A stretch of DNA of 24,000 nt, from assembly GCF_003856495.1 (NCBI RefSeq), contig NZ_CP034118.1, positions 1,810,182 through 1,834,181 on the forward strand. The letters are read 5' to 3'. The notes under the pieces were generated by a model, which saw nothing but the letters and a program-made list of their open reading frames with translations, was not told the DNA's origin and did not search any database. This DNA is from Staphylospora marina. GTDB lineage: Bacteria > Bacillota > Bacilli > Thermoactinomycetales > Thermoactinomycetaceae. The position numbers and the translations under genes are program-made. Below are positions 1 to 10,113 of the stretch, piece by piece. Every line of letters starts with the position of its first letter. The stretch's first letter is position 1.

Positions 1-666
1 TGCTTCGGTGCCTTTTCCTCCCGTGACGATCGCCACGCTGGCGCTGGCACCGATGCGATTGGCTCCCGCTTCGATCATCCGGAGAGCGGTTTCCTGATCC
101 CTGATCCCGCCGGAAGCCTTGACACCCATGTCGTCCCCCACGGTCCGGCGCATCAGGGACACATGGTGAACGGTGGCTCCCCCCTTGCCGAATCCGGTCG
201 AAGTCTTCACGAAATGGGCGCCGGCTTCTTTGGAAAGCTCACAGGCTTTCACAATCTCTTCGTCGCTCAAAAGTCCGGTTTCGAGGATCACCTTGACGAC
301 CGCTCCGCCAGCCGCTTTGACCACCGCCCGGATGTCTTCGCGCACCACGTCAAAATCTCCCGACTTGAGCGCTCCGACATTGATCACCATGTCGATTTCG
401 TCCGCCCCGTTTTTCACGGCGTTCTCCGTTTCAAACGCTTTGACCTCCGTCGTGTTGGCCCCGAGAGGAAAGCCGATCACCGTACACACCTTGACATCGC
501 TTCCGGCGAGCCGCTCGGCCGCTTCTTTCACCCAAAACGGCTGAATGCAGACGGAAGCAAACCCGTGCTGGAGAGCCTCCTGACAAAGCCGCTCCACCTG
601 CTTGCGGGTGGATTCCGGTTTCAACAACGTATGATCAATCATGCCGGCGAGCTGTTTCGCATCCAT
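1..666 (-). CDS. deoC: Deoxyribose-phosphate aldolase (class I aldolase); C-terminal end lies beyond the window start
   Basis: Own minus-strand translation from the ATG at 664-666 gives [139 protein letters not shown]. DeoC hallmarks are present: HTLLKP, the FVKTSTGF Schiff-base Lys context, and KASGGIR. An AAGGAGAA Shine-Dalgarno lies about 8 nt upstream. The ORF is absent from the track because the frame has no stop before position 1. Confidence 0.88.
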   Translation of the reverse strand, partial: MDAKQLAGMIDHTLLKPESTRKQVERLCQEALQHGFASVCIQPFWVKEAAERLAGSDVKVCTVIGFPLGANTTEVKAFETENAVKNGADEIDMVINVGALKSGDFDVVREDIRAVVKAAGGAVVKVILETGLLSDEEIVKACELSKEAGAHFVKTSTGFGKGGATVHHVSLMRRTVGDDMGVKASGGIRDQETALRMIEAGANRIGASASVAIVTGGKGTEA

Positions 667-1107
667 GGTCCGTTCTCCTTCCTTCCATGCGATCCTCAGT
701 TTCTCAAAGGCCCGCAACCAAATGTCATCATTGTTGCGATATCCGCGTTCCCGTTGACGCCGCCAGGCATCTTCGGGAGTCAGCCAACCGACGCTGCGGA
801 TTTCCTCCAGCTGCGGGGTCTCTTCCCCGTCCACGGCTTCCACCAGAAAATAATGCACTTCTTTGTCCACTTCACCGTGCTCTTCGTGCACATACCGGTA
901 GGTCACCACGCCCAGTTCTTCCCGGATGACACCGCGAATCCCCGTCTCCTCGAGAATTTCCCGGATGGCCGTTTGGCGGACGGTTTCCTCCGGCTCCATT
1001 TTTCCTTTCGGCAGGGTGACATGACCGAAACGGTCCCCGATCACGAGCAATTCCGGCCCGCGCTCCGTGCGGCGCACGACCACCCCGCCCGCCGAAATTT
1101 CCTTCAT
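667..1107 (-). CDS. Nudix hydrolase domain ORF (147 codons) that lacks a stop codon and continues in frame into deoC
   Basis: The ATG at 1105-1107 is preceded by AAAGGAG with a 7-nt spacer. Translation: [147 protein letters not shown], followed directly by the MDAKQ of DeoC. The Nudix box GX5EX7REUXEEXGU is present as [24 protein letters not shown] found no TAA, TAG or TGA in this frame from 1107 to 1. The absence of a 147-aa ORF from the track is consistent with this. Confidence 0.75.
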
Positions 1108-1223
1108 GACCGCACTCCTTTCCGCGGCTTGCCCCGTGATGATAGCACAGAGCGGCAAGCGGTGCAAGAAGGCCGCTCTGTCCCGCCGTTTCCCGACGGA
1201 ACGGCCGCCCGGACACCAGGAGG

Positions 1224-1256
1224 AAAAAGAAAAAACCACCGGAAGTCTCCGATGGT
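1224..1256 (-). terminator. Rho-independent terminator after mtaB (end of the dnaK-region operon)
   Basis: The minus strand reads ACCAUCGG-AGACUU-CCGGUGGU (8 bp including one G-U pair), followed by UUUUUUCUUUUU. It lies about 80 nt downstream of the mtaB stop. Confidence 0.75.
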
Positions 1257-1337
1257 GAATGGTTGCCCGCGGTGTCCGGTCTTTCACCGCCGGGAAGGTC
1301 TCCCGTCGCGGAAACAACCGGCATCGATTCCTTTTCG

Positions 1338-2690
1338 TCAGGCTGTTTCGCGCGTCGCCGAAGCAGGAACTTCATCGACGATGCGCACGAACGTTCCTTT
1401 GGACACTTCCGGCCCCGCCTCGTCAATCCGCACGCGACAAACCTTGCCGACCATGTCGGGGGTTGCTTCGAACACCACCTGGATGTAGTTGTCCGCATAA
1501 CCGACATACAGACCGTCGTCCGAATCTTCGCGGTACGGACGCTCGGGAATCACTTCCAGCACATCCCCGACAAATTTTCGCGCGTAAGTGAGCGTCAACC
1601 GGTTGGAAAGGTCGATCAGCCGTTTCACCCGTTCGTGTTTCACTTCCTCCGGCACCTGATTCGGCATGCGGGCCGCGGGTGTGCCGGAACGTTTGGAATA
1701 CGGGAAGACATGCAGCTGATACATGCCCAGCTCTTCGATGAACCGGTATCCGTTTTCAAACTGCTCTTCCGTTTCACCCGGGAAACCGACGATCACGTCG
1801 GTCGTGATGGCCACACCCGGCATGACTTCGTGCAGTTTGAGGATGGTCTCCCGGTATTCGGCGGTGGTGTATTTGCGCCGCATGCGCTTCAGCACGTCGT
1901 CATCTCCGGACTGAAGCGGAATGTGAAGGTGACGGCACATTTTTTCCGAGGCGTTGAGCACTTCGATCAGCTTGTCGTCGATCTGGCTGGCTTCAATGGA
2001 GCTGATGCGGATCCGCTTCAGCCCTTCCACTTTGTCAAGGTCCCACAGCAGATCGGACAGCTTGTAGTTTTCGAAATCATCGCCGTAACCGCCCGTGTGG
2101 ATCCCGGTGAGCACAATTTCCTTGTAGCCGGCATCCACCAGTTTGCGGGCCTGTTCCAGGACGTTTTCCGGCTTGCGGCTGCGGGAAAGCCCCTTCGCCC
2201 ACGGAATGATGCAAAACGTGCAAAAGTTGTTGCACCCCTCCTGGATCTTCAGGAATGCACGGGTCCGGTCACTGAACGCCGGAACGTCCAACTCTTCGAA
2301 GGTTCGTTGTTTCATGATGTTGCCCACGGCGTTGATCGGTTGCCGTTCCTTCAAGAAACGGTCGACGTACTCGATCAGCCGGTCCCGGCCCTGTGTTCCG
2401 ACGACGATATCCACTCCCGGAATGGCCGCGACTTCATCGGGAGAAGTCTGGGCGTAACATCCCGTGACACAAATCACGGCATCCGGATTTCGCCGGATGG
2501 CCCTCCGGATCACCTGGCGGCTCTTCTTGTCCCCCGTGTTGGTGACCGTACAGGTATTGATGAGATAGACATCCGCCGTCTCCTCAAAATCGACGCGTTC
2601 ATAACCGGCGTGTTTGAACAACTGCCAAATCGCTTCCGTTTCATAGGAATTCACTTTGCAACCCAATGTATGAAACGCGACCGTTTTCAT
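1338..2690 (-). CDS. mtaB: tRNA t6A37 methylthiotransferase MtaB (YqeV-type radical SAM MiaB-family enzyme)
   Basis: 450-aa track ORF. It has the N-terminal UPF0004 Cys pattern ([22 protein letters not shown]), the radical-SAM CNNFCTFC motif and a C-terminal TRAM-like domain. The ATGA overlap with the rsmE stop and the position after prmA-rsmE match the Bacillus yqeT-yqeU-yqeV order. Confidence 0.9.
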   Translation of the reverse strand: MKTVAFHTLGCKVNSYETEAIWQLFKHAGYERVDFEETADVYLINTCTVTNTGDKKSRQVIRRAIRRNPDAVICVTGCYAQTSPDEVAAIPGVDIVVGTQGRDRLIEYVDRFLKERQPINAVGNIMKQRTFEELDVPAFSDRTRAFLKIQEGCNNFCTFCIIPWAKGLSRSRKPENVLEQARKLVDAGYKEIVLTGIHTGGYGDDFENYKLSDLLWDLDKVEGLKRIRISSIEASQIDDKLIEVLNASEKMCRHLHIPLQSGDDDVLKRMRRKYTTAEYRETILKLHEVMPGVAITTDVIVGFPGETEEQFENGYRFIEELGMYQLHVFPYSKRSGTPAARMPNQVPEEVKHERVKRLIDLSNRLTLTYARKFVGDVLEVIPERPYREDSDDGLYVGYADNYIQVVFEATPDMVGKVCRVRIDEAGPEVSKGTFVRIVDEVPASATRETA

Positions 2691-3433
2691 TCGGTTTCAC
2701 CTCCCAGATCGTTTCTGGCGAACAAAATGCAGGACGCCGCGAAAAGAGGGGCCGTTTCCGCCCGCAAGATGCGGCTGCCGAGAGAGATCGGCACGGCTCC
2801 CGAGCCGGCGGCCTCCTCCGCTTCCCGTTCGGAAAATCCTCCTTCAGGGCCGACGATCAGCAAGATCTCGGAAGCCTCCGTTTCGGCGATGGCTCTCTTG
2901 AGCGCCTTTCCACCTTTCTCCCAAGCGAGAAAAGCCGCTTCAAACCGGGCCACCGACCGAAGCAGGTCTTTCCAGTTCATGACCGGTGCAACTTCCGGCA
3001 CTCTTCCCCGATGGGACTGCTCCGCGGCTTCCTTGACGATCTTCCGCCAGCGTGCCTGTTTTTTGTCCGCTTTTTTTTCGTCTATTTTGATCAGACACCG
3101 CTCGGATGTGAACGGGATGAATCCGGCGGCTCCGATTTCCGTTCCCTTTTGCAGCACCCACTCCCATTTGTCTCCTTTGGTCAGGGATTGGGCAATCCAC
3201 AGGCGGGTCACCGGTTCCCCGGTGGACGGAGATTCCGACACGATGCGGCAAAGGACCTCTTCCGCGCCGGTCTCCGTGATTTCGCACAGATAATCGGTCC
3301 CCGTTCCGGCACAAACGATGATCCGGTCGCCGGGACGGCAACGCATCACACGCAGGATGTGGTGAACATCCTCGCCGATGATCCGGGCAAAACCTCCGCT
3401 GATTTGCTCAGGCGCCGTGAAGTAACGCTGCAT
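2687..3433 (-). CDS. rsmE: 16S rRNA (uracil1498-N3)-methyltransferase RsmE (YqeU)
   Basis: 248-aa ORF starting MQRYF.., with a PUA-like N-terminal region and a C-terminal SPOUT motif (LLIVGPEGGFSEREAE..ISLGSRILRAETAP). A GGGAG Shine-Dalgarno lies 7 nt upstream of the ATG at 3433. Confidence 0.9.
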   Translation of the reverse strand: MQRYFTAPEQISGGFARIIGEDVHHILRVMRCRPGDRIIVCAGTGTDYLCEITETGAEEVLCRIVSESPSTGEPVTRLWIAQSLTKGDKWEWVLQKGTEIGAAGFIPFTSERCLIKIDEKKADKKQARWRKIVKEAAEQSHRGRVPEVAPVMNWKDLLRSVARFEAAFLAWEKGGKALKRAIAETEASEILLIVGPEGGFSEREAEEAAGSGAVPISLGSRILRAETAPLFAASCILFARNDLGGETE

Positions 3434-3451
3434 AATGACACTCCCGCCATT

Positions 3452-4396
3452 TTACCATTTTTTTGCCGTGATCGCCACCCATCCGTCTTGGTGAACGGTT
3501 TCCATCACGCGAAGTCCCTGATCGGACAGGGCTTCACGGACGGTTTCCGCTTTCTCCGCGATGATTCCGGAAGCGATGAACCATCCGCCGGGAACGAGCA
3601 CACGCGGCAAGTCATAAGCCATCTTCCGGATGATCTCCTCCAGAATGTTGGCGACCACCAGGTCTGCGGTTTCTCCCACGCCCCGCAACAGATCTCCCTG
3701 TCGGACCACCACCGCATCCTCCACCCGGTTCAGTCCGACATTCTCCCGTGATTTCTCCACGGCCAGCGGATCGAGATCCAAGGCCAGGACCCGTCCGGCT
3801 CCCAGCTTGGCGGCAGCCACCGACAGGACGCCGCTTCCGCATCCCACATCGATGACGCGCATCCCCGGCCGCACATGCTTCTCCAGCATTTGAAGGCACA
3901 GCAGCGTGGTGGGATGGGTCCCCGTTCCGAATGCCATCCCCGGATCCAGTTCAATCACCTGCTCTTCCGGAGACGAAGGCGTGTAGTCCTCCCATTGCGG
4001 TTTGATGGTCAATCGATCCGACACCCGCACGGTGCGATAGTACTTTTTCCATTCATCGGCCCATGACTCCTCCGCAACGAGCCGGTGCGTCACTTCCGCC
4101 GGGCCCGGATCCAATCCGAGCTCCCGAAGCCAGTTCAGTTCTTTGCGAACGCGCTCGCAGAACCCGTCGGCATCGATCAGTTCAAGTTCCGAAAGATAGG
4201 CCCGGATGATGACCCCCTCGCTCGGATAATCATCGGGATTGAGTTCGACGATTTCACCGTATCGGCTGTCCCAAGCGCGATGGAGGACTTCCGGATCTTC
4301 GATGGCCACTCCGTCCGCTCCCATTTCCTGCAGCAGGTGACTGACCGCTTCCTGCGCTTCCCGACTGACGTGAACACTGATTTCCGTCCAGTTCAC
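3452..4396 (-). CDS. prmA: Ribosomal protein L11 methyltransferase PrmA
   Basis: 314-aa ORF with a GTG start and AAAGGGGG 7 nt upstream. It begins MNWTEISVHV.., has the SAM-binding motif VIDVGCGSGVLSVAA, and ends IASGII..GW, which is typical of PrmA. It sits immediately downstream of dnaJ, as in Bacillus. Confidence 0.92.
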   Translation of the reverse strand: MNWTEISVHVSREAQEAVSHLLQEMGADGVAIEDPEVLHRAWDSRYGEIVELNPDDYPSEGVIIRAYLSELELIDADGFCERVRKELNWLRELGLDPGPAEVTHRLVAEESWADEWKKYYRTVRVSDRLTIKPQWEDYTPSSPEEQVIELDPGMAFGTGTHPTTLLCLQMLEKHVRPGMRVIDVGCGSGVLSVAAAKLGAGRVLALDLDPLAVEKSRENVGLNRVEDAVVVRQGDLLRGVGETADLVVANILEEIIRKMAYDLPRVLVPGGWFIASGIIAEKAETVREALSDQGLRVMETVHQDGWVAITAKKW

Positions 4397-4425
4397 CCGG
4401 CCGCCCCCTTTCCATGATGAATGAT

Positions 4426-4451
4426 GAAGAAAAACGGGCGGTCACGCCCGT
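4426..4451 (-). terminator. Rho-independent terminator between dnaJ and prmA (probably partial or leaky)
   Basis: The minus strand reads ACGGGCG-UGAC-CGCCCGU followed by UUUUCUUC. Only about 30 nt separate it from the prmA Shine-Dalgarno, so prmA-rsmE-mtaB probably depend on read-through. Confidence 0.6.
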
Positions 4452-4513
4452 TGTGATTGCATGGATCCTTTTTGTGATTCCGGAAAAAGATGCCCGGAGT
4501 GTCCGTGGTGACA

Positions 4514-5638
4514 TCAATCACCACGGAATGCCTGTTTCATCTTGTCGAAGAAGTTGGTGGATTGCTCCTGTTTGATATATTCGCCGCACAATCTCGTGAA
4601 ATGGCGAAGAGCTTCTTTCTGCTCATCGGTCAGTTTGGTCGGGGTCACGACGCGAACCTTGACCCTGAGATCCCCTTCACCATACCCCCGCAATCTCGGA
4701 ACACCCTTGCCCGGCAAGCGAAACTCGGTGCCCGTTTGGGTTCCGGCGGGAATTTTGAGACGTGCCCGTCCATCCAGCGTCGGAACGATCACTTCGTCAC
4801 CGAGGGCGGCCTGACCGAACGTGATCGGCAGCTCGCATACGAGATCGTCTCCTTCCCTGCGGAACACATCGTGCGGCTTCACCAGGATGGTGATGTACAG
4901 ATCGCCCGGAGGCCCGCCGTTGATTCCCGGCTCTCCTTCCCCGGCAACCCGGAGTTGTGCTCCTTCGTGAATGCCGGCCGGAATCTTGACATTGATCTTT
5001 TTCTTCCGTTTGACCTTTCCGCTTCCGCCGCACGTGTGGCACTTCTCCCGAATGATCCGTCCTTCTCCGCCGCAAACATGGCAGACACGGCGATTGACGA
5101 TCCGGCCGAACGGAGTGTTCTGCACAACCTCCGTCTGTCCGGTTCCGCGGCAAGCGCTGCAGGTTTCAGGATGCGTCCCCGGTTTTGCCCCGCTTCCGAA
5201 GCACGTATCGCACGTCTCGGTGCGCGGAATGACCACATCCACATTTTTGCCGAACACGGCATCCTTGAATTCAATCTGCAAGCGATATTCCAGATCCGCC
5301 CCCTGCTTCGGCGCATGAGGATTGCTCCGGCGACCGCCTCCAAAAAACATATCGAAAATATCGCCAAATCCGAAATCGGTCGCTCCGAAGCCCTGATCCC
5401 CCATTCCGAAGCCGCCGTCTCCGCCGGCATGCCCGAACCGGTCGTAGTTGGCTCTCTTTTGCGGGTCGCTCAGCACTTCATATGCTTCTTTGACTTCCTT
5501 GAACTTCTGTTCGGCGTCCGCCTCCTTGTTCACATCCGGGTGGTACTTGCGGGCCAATTTGCGGTAGGCCTTTCGGATTTCTTCATCCGTGGCCGTTCTT
5601 TGGACACCGAGGACTTCATAGTAGTCGCGCTTGCTCAC
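4514..5638 (-). CDS. dnaJ: Molecular chaperone DnaJ (type I Hsp40)
   Basis: Track ORF 4514..5668, with the start refined to the GTG at 5638 (GAGGAGGTGA Shine-Dalgarno, 6-nt spacer). This gives the canonical N-terminus (M)[11 protein letters not shown]. It has the J-domain HPD motif, a G/F-rich linker, and four CxxCxGxG zinc-finger repeats ([32 protein letters not shown]). Confidence 0.95.
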   Translation of the reverse strand: MSKRDYYEVLGVQRTATDEEIRKAYRKLARKYHPDVNKEADAEQKFKEVKEAYEVLSDPQKRANYDRFGHAGGDGGFGMGDQGFGATDFGFGDIFDMFFGGGRRSNPHAPKQGADLEYRLQIEFKDAVFGKNVDVVIPRTETCDTCFGSGAKPGTHPETCSACRGTGQTEVVQNTPFGRIVNRRVCHVCGGEGRIIREKCHTCGGSGKVKRKKKINVKIPAGIHEGAQLRVAGEGEPGINGGPPGDLYITILVKPHDVFRREGDDLVCELPITFGQAALGDEVIVPTLDGRARLKIPAGTQTGTEFRLPGKGVPRLRGYGEGDLRVKVRVVTPTKLTDEQKEALRHFTRLCGEYIKQEQSTNFFDKMKQAFRGD

Positions 5639-5698
5639 CCGATTCACCTCCTCATCCATCTCCCTCATGCATCAGTTTCGCAGGCCGGGCCCTTTCGC

Positions 5699-5748
5699 AC
5701 AAAAAACGGAAAGTCACGCCGGGGCAAGACCCGGGCGCTGACTTTCCG
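5699..5748 (-). terminator. Strong rho-independent terminator after dnaK
   Basis: The minus strand has CGGAAAGUCA..UGACUUUCCG (10 perfect bp), with inner CGCC/GGCG and GGG/CCC pairs, followed by UUUUUUGUG. It starts about 26 nt after the dnaK stop. Confidence 0.8.
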
Positions 5749-5773
5749 GTGAGAAGCCGAAGCCTCTCAGGGA

Positions 5774-7645
<1,872 letters not shown>

Positions 7646-7786
7646 CTATCGGCCAGCGTCCGGGACAACGATGAGCAAAAATCAGGCAACGCCGTTAAAC
7701 TTCCCGTCCGCTCCCGCGCGGGAAAACGGTCAACGGGTGAAAACGGCTTCGATCCGCATGTCGGTCATCATCCGGGACGACCGCCC

Positions 7787-8461
7787 TCAGACGCTGACCT
7801 TCACCATGGCCGGGCGCAAAACCCGGTCCAGATATCGGTAACCGGTCTGCAGCTCTTCGACAACCGTTCCGGACTCCACATCCCCGGCCTCCACCTGCAT
7901 CACGGCATTGTGCTCGTACGGATTGAAAGGTCGCCCTTCGGCCTCGATCATGCTGAGACCGGCCTGCCCGAGAGTCTGGAGAAATTGACGGTATACCATG
8001 TCAATCCCGTTGATGAACGCCTCCAGTTCGGGAGAAACGGGATGCTCCTGTTGATCGGCCAAGTCAAGAGCGCGTTCAAAGTTGTCCAATACCGGCAACA
8101 AGGATTCCAGCAAGGGGACGGCCGCATACTTGACGGCCTCTTCCTTGTCCTTGCGGGCACGTTTCCGGAAATTCTCAAAATCAGCCATGTTGCGAAGAAG
8201 CTGCTCCCGCGCTTCTTCCGCCTGAGCTTTCCAATCGGCGGCGATCCGCCTTGCGTCCTCGAGTTCGGCGCGCAGCCTTTCGATTTCGGACTCAGGAGAG
8301 TGCACGTCGGCCGAATCCTTCCAATCCGAACTTTCGATATGTAATTCCATACGTTCGGAATGTAATTCCAGACGTTCGGGACGGGTGTCGGGTTCCCGCG
8401 CGTCCTGAGATTGATATTCCCCGGACGTCTGCTGGAAATCCCGCTTTTCCTGATCCAGCAT
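7787..8461 (-). CDS. grpE: Nucleotide exchange factor GrpE with an extended acidic N-terminus
   Basis: Track ORF 7787..8467 begins at TTG. The ATG at 8461 has GGGAGGA 7 nt upstream. The GrpE core is recognisable: LLRNMADFENFRKRARKDKEE..LLPVLDNFERAL..GYRYLDRVLRPAMVKV. The N-terminal region of about 60 aa is acidic and low-complexity and contains a 7-aa tandem duplication. Confidence 0.93.
   Translation of the reverse strand: MLDQEKRDFQQTSGEYQSQDAREPDTRPERLELHSERMELHIESSDWKDSADVHSPESEIERLRAELEDARRIAADWKAQAEEAREQLLRNMADFENFRKRARKDKEEAVKYAAVPLLESLLPVLDNFERALDLADQQEHPVSPELEAFINGIDMVYRQFLQTLGQAGLSMIEAEGRPFNPYEHNAVMQVEAGDVESGTVVEELQTGYRYLDRVLRPAMVKVSV
8339..8380 (-). repeat. In-frame 21-bp tandem duplication inside the grpE N-terminal region
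   Basis: Plus-strand units are atgtaattccatacgttcgga and atgtaattccagacgttcggg (19 of 21 identical). On the minus strand they encode PERLELH and SERMELH. Confidence 0.85.
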
Positions 8462-8486
8462 GAACAAATCCTCCCATGACAGATAC

Positions 8487-10031
8487 TTACGATTGCGGCT
8501 CGTCTTTCATCTTGACAACCGTATGGATGCGGAGGATCGCCGCAGCCACCTCTCCGGCCGCTTTGAGGGCATGCGCCTTGACGGGAAGCGGATCGATGAC
8601 GCCCATTTCGATCATGTCCGCCACCGTTCCCCGGTCGCAGTCAATGCCCAGCGAATCGGACTGCCTTTTGAGCTGGAGCGCTTTGACCTGTTCGATTTTT
8701 TCCAGGGGATTGAATCCGGCATTGGCGACAACCCGGCTCATCGGCTTCTGCAATGCTTCCGCCACGGCGGAAACCCCGAAACGCTCCATTCCCTGCACGG
8801 TATCCCTGAAATGCTCCACTTCCCTGGCGATGGCCAGCTCGATGGCTCCGCCTCCCGGTACGAAACCGCCACGAATCGCAGCCTGGACCGCAGATGCGGC
8901 ATCCCGACAGATGCGTTCCTTTTCTCCCACCACTTCTTCGGTGGAAGCTCCCACCAAAATGGTGGCAAACGGTTTCCCCCGACCTCCGCTGACACGGAAC
9001 CAGCCGAGCACTTCATCATCTTCGGCTTCCGTGCAAAAACCGATGAAGGCATCCAGTTCTTCCACGGATCTGCGAAGACTGCTCCGCTTGACCATCCGGG
9101 CTCCCGTATGTTCGGCAATCCGTTCCAGATCTTCCTGATTCACTCCCGACACGGCGATGATTCCCGCATCGGTCAAAACCTCTTCGGCATACGCATCAAT
9201 CCCGCCGCCGATCACCACCAGACCCACGTTCAACTCGATGAGTTTTTCCACAAACACGTAAAAGTCTTGGCGCAATCTTTCCTGTTTGGCGAATCCGGCA
9301 TCCGTTCCCCGGGCTTCTTCTTCCACCGTTTCCGGTTCGAGAGAGTCGGCGAGCACCAGCACCCGGGCGTTCTCCTTGAACACGGGCATTTGCTGATTGG
9401 CACGCCCGCGGCGGATCATGGTGCCGGAAAACACGATGTTTTCGGCACGGGGATGAGCCATCACGCAGCTGGAGAGCCTGAAATTCTTTTCCAAGAGCTT
9501 CTCACGGCCCACCATCTGGGCGGCTTCGATGACCGCTTGCGTGATTTCCTCGTCTTCCCGGCTGGCGGTGTAAGCAATCCGCTGAAGCCATTCATCATGA
9601 TCCAGTTCATAGATGGGGCGGGATTTTTCCTTCATCTTGTTCAAAGCAAAACGGATCCCCCGCTGGATGCCGGCGATCACCTTGGCGACGGGAACCCCGC
9701 GTGCCACCTGTTTTACGCCCTCGTCCACCAGAGCTGCCGCCAAAAGAGTGGCGGTGGTGGTACCGTCACCCACTTCCTCCTGTTGTGCTTTGGCTACTCC
9801 CACGATCATTTTGGCCGCAGGGTGGTCCACTTCCATCCGCTCCAGAATGGTCACGCCGTCATTGGTCACGATCACCTCGTTGCTGGAGTTGACCAGCATC
9901 GTGTCGAGTCCCTTGGGACCGAGCGTGGATGCAACGGCGGACGCCACGGAACGGACGGCCGCGGCATTGGACAAAAGCGTGGAAAGCTTCGTTTGTTCAT
10001 TCTCAGCGTGAAACTGTTGTTTGTCCGGCAC
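8487..10031 (-). CDS. Thermosome/CCT-type (group II-like, bacterial 'group III') chaperonin, Cpn60/TCP-1 family
   Basis: 514-aa ORF with a GTG start. Its motifs match archaeal thermosome subunits rather than GroEL: [10 protein letters not shown] (GroEL has LGPKGRNV), [66 protein letters not shown], and C-terminal [28 protein letters not shown]. There is no GGM tail and no adjacent groES-like ORF. The stop lies only 25 nt from the grpE start. Confidence 0.88.
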   Translation of the reverse strand: MPDKQQFHAENEQTKLSTLLSNAAAVRSVASAVASTLGPKGLDTMLVNSSNEVIVTNDGVTILERMEVDHPAAKMIVGVAKAQQEEVGDGTTTATLLAAALVDEGVKQVARGVPVAKVIAGIQRGIRFALNKMKEKSRPIYELDHDEWLQRIAYTASREDEEITQAVIEAAQMVGREKLLEKNFRLSSCVMAHPRAENIVFSGTMIRRGRANQQMPVFKENARVLVLADSLEPETVEEEARGTDAGFAKQERLRQDFYVFVEKLIELNVGLVVIGGGIDAYAEEVLTDAGIIAVSGVNQEDLERIAEHTGARMVKRSSLRRSVEELDAFIGFCTEAEDDEVLGWFRVSGGRGKPFATILVGASTEEVVGEKERICRDAASAVQAAIRGGFVPGGGAIELAIAREVEHFRDTVQGMERFGVSAVAEALQKPMSRVVANAGFNPLEKIEQVKALQLKRQSDSLGIDCDRGTVADMIEMGVIDPLPVKAHALKAAGEVAAAILRIHTVVKMKDEPQS

Positions 10032-10113
10032 CGGGTCTTCCCTTCCTTTCTGTCAAAGGCCGTGAGGGGAACACACGGGTCCCCACCGGATGTCGAAACC
10101 TATATTCACTAGT

